Shown one piece after another: positions 28,336 through 37,906 of a DNA stretch of 64,000 nt. The first letter of the stretch is position 1. Every line of letters begins with the position of its first letter. A program made the translations under genes and the position numbers. Source of the DNA: Chitinophagaceae bacterium (GTDB lineage: Bacteria > Bacteroidota > Bacteroidia > Chitinophagales > Chitinophagaceae); contig JAOAGO010000003.1 in NCBI GenBank assembly GCA_026415715.1, positions 24,204 through 88,203 on the forward strand, given 5' to 3'. The notes under the pieces were generated by a model that worked only from the letters and a program-made list of their open reading frames with translations, made no database searches and was not told the DNA's origin.

Positions 28336-28467
28336 ATGAAAAAGCCCATATTTCTTGTCTTACTTTCTTGCGTCATTTTATTGTTTGCTTCCTGTGCCAC
28401 TCAAAAGTATGGCTGTCCTCAGCCTAAAGTTTATTTTCCTAAAAGCAACACCATTTTTCTTTCATAA
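28336..28467 (+). CDS. Possible small lipoprotein (43 aa)
   Basis: MKKPIFLVLLSCVILLFASCATQKYGCPQPKVYFPKSNTIFLS has a signal-peptide-like N-terminus with the lipobox-like ...FASC. It is below the ORF-track cutoff and competes with an overlapping 54-aa ORF at 28263-28427. Confidence 0.35.
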   Translation: MKKPIFLVLLSCVILLFASCATQKYGCPQPKVYFPKSNTIFLS

Positions 28468-28535
28468 ATGTTCAGGTTTGGTTGAATACTGATTAAATTG
28501 TCTGGCCAAATATTTCTTTTTTAAAAAAAATCATC

Positions 28536-28543
28536 TATTTTTG
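28536..28543 (+). promoter_or_regulatory. Candidate -7 promoter box TATTTTTG ahead of his leader
   Basis: Exact TAnnTTTG match ending 7 nt before the leader ATG (28551). This would imply a leaderless or near-leaderless leader-peptide mRNA. Confidence 0.35.
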
Positions 28544-28550
28544 CAACACG

Positions 28551-28601
28551 ATGAAAATTTTTGCACATACACATCATCATGACTTTACTCCGCCGGAGTA
28601 G
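28551..28601 (+). CDS. his operon leader peptide (16 aa, MKIFAHTHHHDFTPPE)
   Basis: 4 His in 16 codons, including 3 consecutive CAT codons at 28572-28580. It is followed by alternative hairpins and a terminator directly upstream of hisG. Confidence 0.65.
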   Translation: MKIFAHTHHHDFTPPE

Positions 28602-28633
28602 GCCTTGATATGTGTATGTAACTATAAATAATT

Positions 28634-28668
28634 TCAGGGGCTTACTCCGGTAAGCCCCTGATTTTTTT
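28634..28668 (+). terminator. his attenuator terminator
   Basis: TCAGGGGCTTAC-TCCG-GTAAGCCCCTGA followed by 7 T. The 5' arm and loop (28639-28650) can instead pair with CCGGAGTAGGCC at 28593-28604. Confidence 0.75.
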
Positions 28669-28679
28669 AATCTTAATTT

Positions 28680-29531
28680 ATGCTGAAAATCGCCATTCAA
28701 AAATCAGGTCGTCTTCATGAAGGTTCCCTTAAACTGCTGAAAGAGTGCGGAATTGATATTTCCAACGGGAACAATCAGCTTCGAGTGCGTAGTTCCAACT
28801 TTGAAGCCGAAATCTTTTTTTTAAGAGATGATGATATACCGGAATATGTTCAGGACCGGGTAGCCGATGCGGGCATTGTGGGTGAAAATATTGTATATGA
28901 AACACAAAAAAAGGTGACCGTTGTTGAAAAGCTTGGCTTTGCCAAATGTCGCCTGAGCCTTGCCGTGCCTCGTTATGAACAGTATAAAGATATAACCGAT
29001 CTTCAGGGAAAACGGATTGCCACTTCTTATCCGAATATTCTGGAAAAATTCCTGAAGGAAAAAGGTGTACAAGCCGCCATTCATACCATAAGCGGTTCCG
29101 TGGAAATAGCGCCCCGCATTGGCCTGGCCGACGCAATTTGTGATTTGGTCAGTTCGGGAAGCACTTTATTTCTGAATGAACTGAGAGAAGTGCAAACCAT
29201 CCTGCATTCTGAGGCCGTACTCATAACCCATCCGCAACTCAATGAAGAGAAGCTGGCTGTACTGGAAAGTCTGTTGTTTCGCATTCGGGCCGTAAACAAG
29301 GCAAAAGACAATAAATATGTTTTGCTTAATGCACCCAATCATTGTTTGCCGCAAATCATTAAGCTCTTGCCGGGCATGCGCAGTCCCACAGTAGTTCCAC
29401 TTGCCGAACCCGGCTGGAGCTCCGTTCATTCGGTTATCAGCGAAAATGATTTCTGGAAAGTGATTGAACAACTGAAAGCCAACGGTGCAGAAGGTATTTT
29501 GATTCTCCCCATTGAAAAAATGATATTATGA
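28680..29531 (+). CDS. hisG: ATP phosphoribosyltransferase (long form)
   Basis: 283 aa. MLKIAIQKSGRLHEGSLKLL... N-terminus with a C-terminal regulatory domain. First gene of the his operon. Confidence 0.92.
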   Translation: MLKIAIQKSGRLHEGSLKLLKECGIDISNGNNQLRVRSSNFEAEIFFLRDDDIPEYVQDRVADAGIVGENIVYETQKKVTVVEKLGFAKCRLSLAVPRYEQYKDITDLQGKRIATSYPNILEKFLKEKGVQAAIHTISGSVEIAPRIGLADAICDLVSSGSTLFLNELREVQTILHSEAVLITHPQLNEEKLAVLESLLFRIRAVNKAKDNKYVLLNAPNHCLPQIIKLLPGMRSPTVVPLAEPGWSSVHSVISENDFWKVIEQLKANGAEGILILPIEKMIL

Positions 29532-30805
29532 TACGGATTCTCCATTATAATAAACTGCCAAAAAAAGCGGATATGTTCCGACGCCCGGTTTCCGATCTTT
29601 CTAAAATTAAAAAAATTGTCCAACAAATTTTAAACGATGTAAAAAAAGAGGGAGACAAAGCTTTAATGAAATATGCCAAGAAATTTGAGGGCGCTGCGCC
29701 GGACCGCCTGGTGGTTTCGCCTTATGAAATCCGCTTATCATCAAATCATCTGTCACCGGCACTGAAAAAAGCAATTAAAGAGGCTTATGCGAATATATAC
29801 ACATATCATGCACATCAAAAAAATAAAACAGAAATCATACAAACACAGCCGGGAATACGGTGTTGGCAAGCCGTAACTCCCGTTGAAAAAGTGGGCCTTT
29901 ACATTCCGGGTGGAACGGCGCCTCTTTTTTCAACGGTTTTAATGTTGGGCATACCGGCCAAAATTGCGGGATGTAAAGAGATTATACTTTGTAGTCCCGG
30001 GAATCATGCCGGAGACATTCATCCGGCAATTTTATACAGCGCTTCACTATGTGGCATAAAAAAAATTTTCAGGGTTGGCGGAGCGCAGGCAATAGCCGCC
30101 ATGGCCTATGGTACAACTTCCGTTCCGGCAGTATATAAAATTTTCGGACCCGGCAATCCTTATGTCACGGCAGCTAAAATGCTTGTACAGCAGGAAGGGG
30201 TAGCAATTGATATGCCCGCAGGGCCTTCCGAAATACTCATTATTGCCGATGACAGCGCCCCGCCGGATTATATCGCCGCCGACTTACTGGCCCAGGCCGA
30301 ACACGGACCGGATTCGCAGGTTCTATTAATTACTCCTGATTTTACGTGGGCCCGGAAAGTAGCAGAAGAAGTTAAACGACAACTTGAAGATTTGCCACGA
30401 AAAAAAATTGCCGCCGAAGCATTAAAAAACAGTTGTATTCTTATCGTACGCGATATGATGCAAGCCCTTGATTTGTCAAACCGTTACGCCCCCGAACATC
30501 TGATGCTTTGCTGCCGGAATTACTCCCGACTAATCAAAAAAATAGCTAATGCGGGTTCTGTTTTTCTGGGAAAGTATTCCCCCGAGAGCGCCGGAGATTA
30601 TGCCTCGGGCACAAACCACACACTCCCCACCGGCGGATATGCCAGAGCCTTTTCGGGAGTTTCGCTGGATAGCTTTCAGAAAAAAATAAATTTTCAGCAG
30701 TTGAGCCGTAAGGGTCTGTTGCAAATTGCAAATACCGTAATGACCATGGCCGAAACCGAACAACTCGAAGCGCATAAAAGATCTGTTTCCATCCGGTTAA
30801 AGTAA
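29528..30805 (+). CDS. hisD: Histidinol dehydrogenase
   Basis: 425 aa. ATGA overlap with hisG. QAEHGPDSQ and GDY..GTNHTLPT motifs. Confidence 0.92.
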   Translation: MIRILHYNKLPKKADMFRRPVSDLSKIKKIVQQILNDVKKEGDKALMKYAKKFEGAAPDRLVVSPYEIRLSSNHLSPALKKAIKEAYANIYTYHAHQKNKTEIIQTQPGIRCWQAVTPVEKVGLYIPGGTAPLFSTVLMLGIPAKIAGCKEIILCSPGNHAGDIHPAILYSASLCGIKKIFRVGGAQAIAAMAYGTTSVPAVYKIFGPGNPYVTAAKMLVQQEGVAIDMPAGPSEILIIADDSAPPDYIAADLLAQAEHGPDSQVLLITPDFTWARKVAEEVKRQLEDLPRKKIAAEALKNSCILIVRDMMQALDLSNRYAPEHLMLCCRNYSRLIKKIANAGSVFLGKYSPESAGDYASGTNHTLPTGGYARAFSGVSLDSFQKKINFQQLSRKGLLQIANTVMTMAETEQLEAHKRSVSIRLK

Positions 30806-30816
30806 AATGATCAATA

Positions 30817-31863
30817 ATGAATATAGACTTACTAATTCGGGAAAATATAAAAAAAATGAAACCCTACCCGGCGGCCCGGCATGAATTTTCCGGAGCAGCT
30901 GAAATTTTGCTTGACGCCAATGAAAATTCTCTGGGTAGTATTTTGAATAAGAAAAAACTGAACCGTTATCCCGACCCCTTACAGGAAAAATTAAAAAAAG
31001 CCCTTTCCGGATTATATAAAGTAAAACCGGAAAACCTTTTTTTGGGAAACGGAAGCGACGAAGCCATAGATCTGATTCTCCGAATCAGTTGTGAACCCGG
31101 AAAAGACGGGATTCTTACAATGCCCCCCACTTACGGGATGTATGAAATTTGCGCCGAAATAAACAATGTTCGTGTGGTTCAGATTCCGTTAAACCGGAAT
31201 TTTCAGCCTGATACGGAAAAAATTGCTGCATCTACCGGTCATCATATAAAAGTGATTTTTATCTGTTCACCCAATAATCCCTCAGGCAACCTTATTGCAA
31301 AAAGTGAAATTGAACGAATACTTGAATTTTTCAACGGGCTGGTAGTGATAGATGAAGCGTATGGCGACTTTTCAACCGAAGAAAGCTGGATAACCCGACT
31401 TGAGAAATATCCAAATCTAATTGTGCTGAAAACTTTCTCAAAAGCCTGGGGCCTGGCCGGCATTCGCCTTGGAATGGCCTTTGCGGAAAAGCAAATTATT
31501 TCGTATCTGAACAAAATAAAATATCCGTACAACATAAATACCCTGACAGCCCATGCGGCTTTAAAAGCTCTTCGCTATAAGAAAGAATTAAAAAAGAAAA
31601 TTAACGTTCTGATCAGCGAAAGAAAAAAACTTTCACAAAAACTCAGTGAATTGCCCTGTGTGGAAAAAGTATTTCCCTCGGATGCCAATTTTCTGTTGGT
31701 ACAATTTAAGGATGCCCGCCGCACGTATGAATTTCTGAAAAGTAAAGGCATTATTGTAAGAGACCGGAGCAGAGAAATACACTGTACAAATTGCCTTCGG
31801 ATTACAGTGGGCTCGCCCGAAGAAAACGAAACATTAATGAAACAGCTTAAAAAATTAAAGTAA
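30817..31863 (+). CDS. hisC: Histidinol-phosphate aminotransferase
   Basis: 348 aa. Class II aminotransferase with the PLP lysine context TFSKAWGLAG. Position within the operon supports the call. Confidence 0.9.
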   Translation: MNIDLLIRENIKKMKPYPAARHEFSGAAEILLDANENSLGSILNKKKLNRYPDPLQEKLKKALSGLYKVKPENLFLGNGSDEAIDLILRISCEPGKDGILTMPPTYGMYEICAEINNVRVVQIPLNRNFQPDTEKIAASTGHHIKVIFICSPNNPSGNLIAKSEIERILEFFNGLVVIDEAYGDFSTEESWITRLEKYPNLIVLKTFSKAWGLAGIRLGMAFAEKQIISYLNKIKYPYNINTLTAHAALKALRYKKELKKKINVLISERKKLSQKLSELPCVEKVFPSDANFLLVQFKDARRTYEFLKSKGIIVRDRSREIHCTNCLRITVGSPEENETLMKQLKKLK

Positions 31864-31864
31864 A

Positions 31865-33007
31865 ATGAAAAAAATATTATTTATTGACAGAGACGGAACC
31901 TTAATCAGGGAGGCGCCCCCCTCCTATCAGATAGATAGCTTCGAAAAACTGGAGTTTTATCCCGGTGTATTTACCTGGCTGGGGAAAATATGCGCCGAAA
32001 TGTCTTATTTATTGGTTATGGTAAGCAATCAGGACGGATTAGGCACGGCATCGTTTCCTGAAGAAAAATTTGAAAATATACAGCGATTTATCCTGAAGTC
32101 ACTGGAAAATGAGGGTATCCGATTTCACAAAATTCTTATAGACAACAGCTTTCCGGAAGAAAAAAAAGAAACCCGAAAACCCGGTATCGGTTTAATTCAA
32201 CAGTTCCTGAAAAATCCGGAATATGACATTTCATCTTCTTTTGTAATCGGCGACAGAATTACCGATGTGATGCTTGCCCGCAATGCCGGTTGTAAGGCCA
32301 TCTGGCTGAAAAATGATCCCCGGTTAGGCATGAAAGAAGTGAATACAGAACCCGCATCGCTGAAAGAAACGATAGTGCTGGAAACACAAAGCTGGAAAGA
32401 CATTTATTACTTTCTGAAATCGCATGACAGGATGATTCAGCATGAGCGAAAAACAAGAGAGACTTTTATTCGCATTAAACTGAATCCGGACGGGACCGGT
32501 AAAACGAAGATCCGTACCGGCCTGCATTTTCTGGATCATATGCTGGAGCAGTTGGGCAGACACAGTGGATTTGATATAGAGATAGAGGCTAACGGTGATT
32601 TGCATATTGACGAACATCATACCATAGAAGATGTGGCCATCACACTTGGTGAAGCGTTATACAAAGCATTGCATAACAAAATAGGAATGGAGCGATATGG
32701 CTTTATGTTACCCATGGATGATGCGCTGGCACAGGCAGCCGTTGATTTTGGCGGACGCTGCTGGCTTTCGTGGAATGTGGATTTTAAAAGAGAAAAAATT
32801 GGCGATGTACCGACGGAAATGTTTTTTCATTTTTTTAAATCACTATCCGATGCAGCCCGTTGCAACATTCATATCAGGGCCGAAGGTGAAAACGAGCACC
32901 ACAAAATAGAAGCCGTATTTAAAGCGTTTGCGAGGGCATTGAAAACGGCAGTCAGAAGAAATGAACAGGAAACAGAATTGCCCAGCACAAAAGAGTTTTT
33001 GGCATAA
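31865..33007 (+). CDS. hisB: Bifunctional histidinol-phosphatase / imidazoleglycerol-phosphate dehydratase
   Basis: 380 aa. N-terminal HAD motif FIDRDGT and a C-terminal IGPD domain (HIDEHHTIEDV, ENEHHKIEA). Confidence 0.92.
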   Translation: MKKILFIDRDGTLIREAPPSYQIDSFEKLEFYPGVFTWLGKICAEMSYLLVMVSNQDGLGTASFPEEKFENIQRFILKSLENEGIRFHKILIDNSFPEEKKETRKPGIGLIQQFLKNPEYDISSSFVIGDRITDVMLARNAGCKAIWLKNDPRLGMKEVNTEPASLKETIVLETQSWKDIYYFLKSHDRMIQHERKTRETFIRIKLNPDGTGKTKIRTGLHFLDHMLEQLGRHSGFDIEIEANGDLHIDEHHTIEDVAITLGEALYKALHNKIGMERYGFMLPMDDALAQAAVDFGGRCWLSWNVDFKREKIGDVPTEMFFHFFKSLSDAARCNIHIRAEGENEHHKIEAVFKAFARALKTAVRRNEQETELPSTKEFLA

Positions 33008-33027
33008 AAAAGAGCATTGCAAACAAA

Positions 33028-33624
33028 ATGAACGTCGTAATTATAAAATATAATGCCGGAAATATCCTTTCGGTTTATTATGCGCTGAAGCGACTCGGAA
33101 TTACGGCCCAAATCAGCGATATATCCGAAGTCATCCTGAAAGCGGATAAAGTAATTTTTCCCGGTGTGGGTGAAGCCTCTTCGGCCATGGATTATCTGAA
33201 AAGAAAGAATCTGGATCAGGTCATCTGTTCACTGCAAAAGCCGGTGTTGGGCATCTGCCTGGGCATGCAGTTATTTTGTGAATATTCGGAAGAAAAAAAT
33301 ACACAATGCCTGGGCATATTCAGTAATATTCAGGTCAGAAAATTCATCAGCCCAAGCGGTAATTTCAAAATACCCAAAATCGGATGGGATGTGATTTATC
33401 AATGTAATTCCCGATTATTTCACGGTATAAACGATTTCCAGTATGTGTATTTTGTGCACGGTTATTTTGTAGAAAAAAATCAGTTCTGCTCAGCCTTGTC
33501 ATCGTTTGACTCTTTTGATTATTGTGCCGCCATGGAAAAGGATAATTTTTTCGGCGTACAGTTTCATCCGGAAAAGTCGGGACGAACCGGAGAGAAAATA
33601 CTTCAGAATTTTCTTTCGTTGTAA
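33028..33624 (+). CDS. hisH: Imidazole glycerol phosphate synthase, glutaminase subunit
   Basis: 198 aa. Class I amidotransferase with nucleophile GICLGMQ and the C-terminal FHPEKS. Confidence 0.92.
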   Translation: MNVVIIKYNAGNILSVYYALKRLGITAQISDISEVILKADKVIFPGVGEASSAMDYLKRKNLDQVICSLQKPVLGICLGMQLFCEYSEEKNTQCLGIFSNIQVRKFISPSGNFKIPKIGWDVIYQCNSRLFHGINDFQYVYFVHGYFVEKNQFCSALSSFDSFDYCAAMEKDNFFGVQFHPEKSGRTGEKILQNFLSL

Positions 33625-33635
33625 AAAAACTACTT

Positions 33636-34397
33636 ATGAAAACACATGAAATGAAATTATCAAAAGCTGAACTTCGGGAAATAATAATCCCCGCCATGGA
33701 TATTATGGAAGGCCAGTGTGTACGTTTGGAGCAGGGAGACTACGGCCGGAAAAAAATGTATGATGAAGACCCCATAGATGCCGCGCTTCGCTTTGAAGAT
33801 GCGGGTTTCAGCAGATTGCATCTGGTAGATCTGGACGGTGCCCGTGAACGAAAAGTATTGAACTGGAAAACCCTGGAAAAAATAGCGGGAAAAACTTCTT
33901 TGAAAATAGATTTCAGCGGCGGCATTCATCATCTTGATGATGTGAAAATAGCGTTGAATTCGGGAGCTTCTTTTTTATGTATCGGTACCATTGCAGCCGA
34001 AGAGCCTGAAACCATGAAACAGTGGATTTCGATTTATTCACCCGAGCTTTTTATACTCAGTGCAGACGTAAAAAATGAACATATCGCCGTCAGAGGATGG
34101 GAGAAAGATACCGGACTTCCGGTTGATGAATTCATTGGCGCATATCATAAGCAAGGCATAAATAAATTTCTTTGTACCGATATTTTTCGGGATGGTATGC
34201 TGCAGGGGCCTTCGTTCGAACTCTATGAAAAGCTACTGGAAAAGCATAAAGAAATAGAATTAATCGCATCCGGAGGAGTACGTTCTGTAAACGATGTTGA
34301 ACGGCTGATATATACAGGTTGCAAGGGAGTCATTATCGGAAAAGCATTATACGAACAAAAAATTCACATTGAAGATTTGACTAAACTTTTTTTATGA
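33636..34397 (+). CDS. hisA: 1-(5-phosphoribosyl)-5-[(5-phosphoribosylamino)methylideneamino]imidazole-4-carboxamide isomerase
   Basis: The conserved IIPAMDI start of the HisA barrel is preceded by about 17 extra residues. No in-frame ATG lies closer, so the exact start is uncertain. The C-terminus carries GVIIGKALY. Confidence 0.88.
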   Translation: MKTHEMKLSKAELREIIIPAMDIMEGQCVRLEQGDYGRKKMYDEDPIDAALRFEDAGFSRLHLVDLDGARERKVLNWKTLEKIAGKTSLKIDFSGGIHHLDDVKIALNSGASFLCIGTIAAEEPETMKQWISIYSPELFILSADVKNEHIAVRGWEKDTGLPVDEFIGAYHKQGINKFLCTDIFRDGMLQGPSFELYEKLLEKHKEIELIASGGVRSVNDVERLIYTGCKGVIIGKALYEQKIHIEDLTKLFL

Positions 34398-35149
34398 TAG
34401 CCAAACGGATAATCCCTTGCCTGGATATACAAAACGGAAGAACCGTAAAAGGCATACGATTTGAGCAGTTGAGAGATGCCGGCGACCCGGTAGAACTTGC
34501 GGTAAGATACTGTGAAGAGGGTGCTGATGAACTGGTTTTTCTGGATATCACGGCCACGCGGGAAAACCGGAAAACGTTTTCTGATTTGGTAAACCGCATT
34601 GCACTGCACATCAACATCCCGTTTACGGTGGGGGGCGGAATAAAAAATAAAGAAGACGTGAAACTGTTACTGGACAACGGAGCCGATAAAATTTCCATCA
34701 ACACGGCAGCCGTACTGAACCCGCCGCTGATTTCAGAACTGGCCGAACAATTCGGCAGTCAGTGCATTGTTGTGGCTATTGATACAAAAAGAGAAAAGGG
34801 AGAATGGCGGGTGGCAACTCATGCCGGAACCCGCATTACCGATATCCCAGCAATTGGCTGGGCACAAACGGCTGTACGGTACGGAGCGGGAGAAATTTTG
34901 CTGACTTCTATGGAACATGACGGAACGCAACAGGGTTTTGCCCTTGACATTACCAAAGAAATATCCCAAAGCGTATCCGTGCCGGTGATAGCATCCGGAG
35001 GCGCAGGAAGCGCGGAAGATTTTCTTACCGTATTCCGCGACGGTTGTGCCGATGCGGCGCTGGCAGCCGGGTTATTTCATTTCGGAAAATTATCCATTCC
35101 GGAGTTGAAATCTTTTTTAAAACAACATCAAATTCCCGTACGATCATGA
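34394..35149 (+). CDS. hisF: Imidazole glycerol phosphate synthase, cyclase subunit
   Basis: 251 aa. [12 protein letters not shown]...[10 protein letters not shown]...ASGGAG motifs. ATGA overlap with hisA. Confidence 0.93.
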   Translation: MIAKRIIPCLDIQNGRTVKGIRFEQLRDAGDPVELAVRYCEEGADELVFLDITATRENRKTFSDLVNRIALHINIPFTVGGGIKNKEDVKLLLDNGADKISINTAAVLNPPLISELAEQFGSQCIVVAIDTKREKGEWRVATHAGTRITDIPAIGWAQTAVRYGAGEILLTSMEHDGTQQGFALDITKEISQSVSVPVIASGGAGSAEDFLTVFRDGCADAALAAGLFHFGKLSIPELKSFLKQHQIPVRS

Positions 35150-35736
35150 GTGAAGTATTTTTTAAAGACGAACAACAACTTATTCCGGCTATTATTCAGG
35201 ACTTTTATACCGGAAAAGTATTGATGCTGGGTTATATGAATGAGGAAGCATACCATAAAACGAAGCACGAAAAAAAGGTGACATTTTACAGCCGATCCCG
35301 CAAAAGATTATGGACCAAAGGCGAAACCTCAGGTCATTTTTTATCTGTGATTGAAATGCTTTCGGATTGTGATCAGGATACTTTATTAATCAAAGTAAAA
35401 CCCGAAGGACCCGTTTGTCACACCGGGTCTGATACTTGTTTTAATGAAGAAAACCCGCAGTTTTCTTTGTTAAAACTGGAAGAAGTTATTGGAGACAGAA
35501 TAAAAAACCCGAAAAGCGAGTCCTACGTATCCGGACTGGCTGCAAAAGGAATAAAACGGGTTGCTCAAAAAACCGGAGAAGAAGCCGTGGAGCTGATTCT
35601 GGAGTCTCCGTATGACAACCCGGATACATTTTTAAATGAAGCGGCTGATTTATTATTTCATTTTTTGATTTTACTGAAAACGAAAGGATATTCCATCAGG
35701 GATGTAGAAAAAGTGTTAGCGAAACGGCACCGATAA
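35146..35736 (+). CDS. hisIE: Bifunctional phosphoribosyl-AMP cyclohydrolase / phosphoribosyl-ATP pyrophosphatase
   Basis: Start at ATG 35146 (ATGA overlap with the hisF stop). LIPAIIQD...[16 protein letters not shown]...CHTG is HisI, followed by the HisE helical domain. Confidence 0.9.
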   Translation: MSEVFFKDEQQLIPAIIQDFYTGKVLMLGYMNEEAYHKTKHEKKVTFYSRSRKRLWTKGETSGHFLSVIEMLSDCDQDTLLIKVKPEGPVCHTGSDTCFNEENPQFSLLKLEEVIGDRIKNPKSESYVSGLAAKGIKRVAQKTGEEAVELILESPYDNPDTFLNEAADLLFHFLILLKTKGYSIRDVEKVLAKRHR

Positions 35737-35834
35737 AAGCAATTATCTGAAAACTGAAAAATCATATTGAATCAGATTTCTGCTTATTTGATGATAAATT
35801 TTTTTTTGAATCTTTCCTTTTAAAATCATTAGTT

Positions 35835-36230
35835 ATGACAATAAAAAACACTAACGAGATTCATAAACAAAATTTGAAAAAGGGTGAAAAATTTGCCATA
35901 TTTATTACCGAGAAAGTAGGGACTTTAGGTTTTTTTGCAATAATTTTCTTTTGGACTCTCACATGGCTTGGATGGAATACGTTGGCGCCGAAACATCTGC
36001 GGTTTGACCCCTATCCGGCATTTGTTTTATGGTTGTTTTTATCAAATATGATTCAGATTTTCTTGATGCCTTTACTTATGATTGGCCAGAATCTGCAGGG
36101 CAAACATGCGGAAATCAGGGCAGAAAATGACTATCAGATTAATCTTAAGGCAGAAAAAGAAATCAACGAATTAAAAAATGAAATCCGTGAAATAAAGGAA
36201 TTGCTGAAAAGTTTATCTGCAAAACATTGA
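35835..36230 (+). CDS. DUF1003-like small membrane protein
   Basis: 131 aa with two TM helices followed by a coiled tail. FDPYPAFVLWLFLSNMIQIFLMPLLMIGQN resembles DUF1003 proteins (from memory). Confidence 0.6.
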   Translation: MTIKNTNEIHKQNLKKGEKFAIFITEKVGTLGFFAIIFFWTLTWLGWNTLAPKHLRFDPYPAFVLWLFLSNMIQIFLMPLLMIGQNLQGKHAEIRAENDYQINLKAEKEINELKNEIREIKELLKSLSAKH

Positions 36231-36301
36231 ATAATAACAGTTGCTGAAATAAATTATTATGGCCGGATGAACAAAGCCTGTATCATGGATGAAGTTCAGA
36301 T

Positions 36302-37906
36302 TCAGATTTGTCCGGTCGTTTGCAGCAATGCTTTCAAATCCTGAAGCGTATTGGCTTCTCTTACGGTTTTATCTTTTCGCCAGCGTGAAATGCGCGGAAA
36401 GCGCAAGGCAACGCCGGATTTGTGCCGGGTGCTTTGCTGAATGCCTTCAAAAGCCAGTTCAAATACATGAAACGGTTCAACGCTGCGTACCGGACCGAAT
36501 TTTTCTATCGTATGCTTTTTTATCCACTTGTCCAGTTCGGTAATTTCTTCATTAGTTAAACCGGAATAGGCTTTGGCTACAGGCACAAGCTGATGTTCGT
36601 TCCAAACGGCAAACGTATAATCGGTAAGCAGTCCGGCTCTTCGTCCATGTCCGTATTGCGCATAAATAAGTACCGCATCAATCGTAAACGGATCCAATTT
36701 CCACTTCCACCAGTTTCCTTTTTTTCGGCCGGTTTCGTATGGAGAATTTGTTTTTTTCAGCATAAGCCCCTCGCTTCCGTTTCCCTTACAAAGACTTTTG
36801 AAATGCAGAACCTGATCCCATGTTTCTGCGTTCATAACCGGTGAATACAGCAGCGCAGGCGAATGAACGGAACTGACCAGTCCATAGAGAATTTCTTTTC
36901 TTTCGCTTAAGGGTTTATTTCTGATGTCAAGTCCCTGCCACTCCGTGATATCATAAGCCATAAAAATGACGGGGATTTCGGAAAGCAAGCTTCGGGTCAA
37001 TGTTTTTCTTCCGATTCTTTTTTGTAAGAGCTGAAAAGAAAGAGGCTTATTTTCTTTCCATGCCAGCAATTCACCGTCCAGCACGGTTCCGTCTGGTAAA
37101 ACGTCTTTTAAAAAATGTAATTCAGGATAGCGGTCAGTTACCAACTCTTCACCGCGTGACCATATAAAAAGTTCTTTTTTTCTCTGAATGATTTGAGCCC
37201 GGATGCCATCCCATTTAAATTCAATCAACCACCCGGATAAATTGTTTTTAATGTCTGTTTCCTCTTCCAAAGGATATGCCAGATAAAAAGGATAAGGTTT
37301 GGCGATATTATCATTTTCTCCGGGCTGCAGAATCAGCTCTTTAAAAGTAGTGGTGAAAGGATCCCACTGCCCCATGATTCTTCTGGAGATAACTTCTTCG
37401 GGAATCTGAAAGGCATGATGAATGGCTTTCACCAGCAAACCTTGTGAAACCCCCAGTCGAAGGCTTCCGGCACAGAGTTTATTAAAAACAAGCCTTTCTT
37501 TCCGACTCAGTGATTTCCAGATGGCGGTAACCTTTCGTTCTTTTTCGGAATCATCTTTCAGAGATTGAATGGTAACTATCTGATGAATCATTTCGTGAAG
37601 CGTACCCTGATTCCGGTTATTTTCTGAAGTATCGGGAATGATACCGGCTAATGTTTCACCCAGGTCGCCAACGGTATGCCAGGTTTCTTCTACAAGCCAG
37701 ACAGGCAAACCGGCACAACGGGCCGCCCATTGGCGCATGAGAGTTGTATGGGCGATGCGGGGCGGTTTTCTTCCCGTAAAAAGGGCAATAGCCCATAACT
37801 TATCTTCATCGCAAGCCTGCTGAAGATAATCTGCAATCAATTGAATCTTTTCCAACGTCTTGTTGGTTTGATCCAGTCGCTCAAACAATTCGGCAAATTG
37901 TTTCAT
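36302..37906 (-). CDS. ATP-dependent DNA ligase (ligase-associated damage-response type)
   Basis: Start at ATG 37906 (4-nt overlap with the upstream exonuclease gene). Adenylation motif I KxDG lies in IEFKWDGIRAQ, and the OB-fold C-terminus is present. Confidence 0.85.
   Translation of the reverse strand: MKQFAELFERLDQTNKTLEKIQLIADYLQQACDEDKLWAIALFTGRKPPRIAHTTLMRQWAARCAGLPVWLVEETWHTVGDLGETLAGIIPDTSENNRNQGTLHEMIHQIVTIQSLKDDSEKERKVTAIWKSLSRKERLVFNKLCAGSLRLGVSQGLLVKAIHHAFQIPEEVISRRIMGQWDPFTTTFKELILQPGENDNIAKPYPFYLAYPLEEETDIKNNLSGWLIEFKWDGIRAQIIQRKKELFIWSRGEELVTDRYPELHFLKDVLPDGTVLDGELLAWKENKPLSFQLLQKRIGRKTLTRSLLSEIPVIFMAYDITEWQGLDIRNKPLSERKEILYGLVSSVHSPALLYSPVMNAETWDQVLHFKSLCKGNGSEGLMLKKTNSPYETGRKKGNWWKWKLDPFTIDAVLIYAQYGHGRRAGLLTDYTFAVWNEHQLVPVAKAYSGLTNEEITELDKWIKKHTIEKFGPVRSVEPFHVFELAFEGIQQSTRHKSGVALRFPRISRWRKDKTVREANTLQDLKALLQTTGQI

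Noticed and set aside
28263-28427. 54-codon ORF overlapping the mini-lipoprotein candidate
   Set aside because: The Cys/Phe/Leu-rich translation has no clear signal-peptide cleavage site or motif. The alternative frame (28336-28467) looks more protein-like. Neither can be confirmed without comparative data.
35044-35145. 34-codon N-terminal extension of hisIE in the ORF track
   Set aside because: The extension lies wholly inside hisF in another frame. The ATG at 35146 gives the conserved HisI N-terminus and an ATGA stop/start overlap like the other his junctions.
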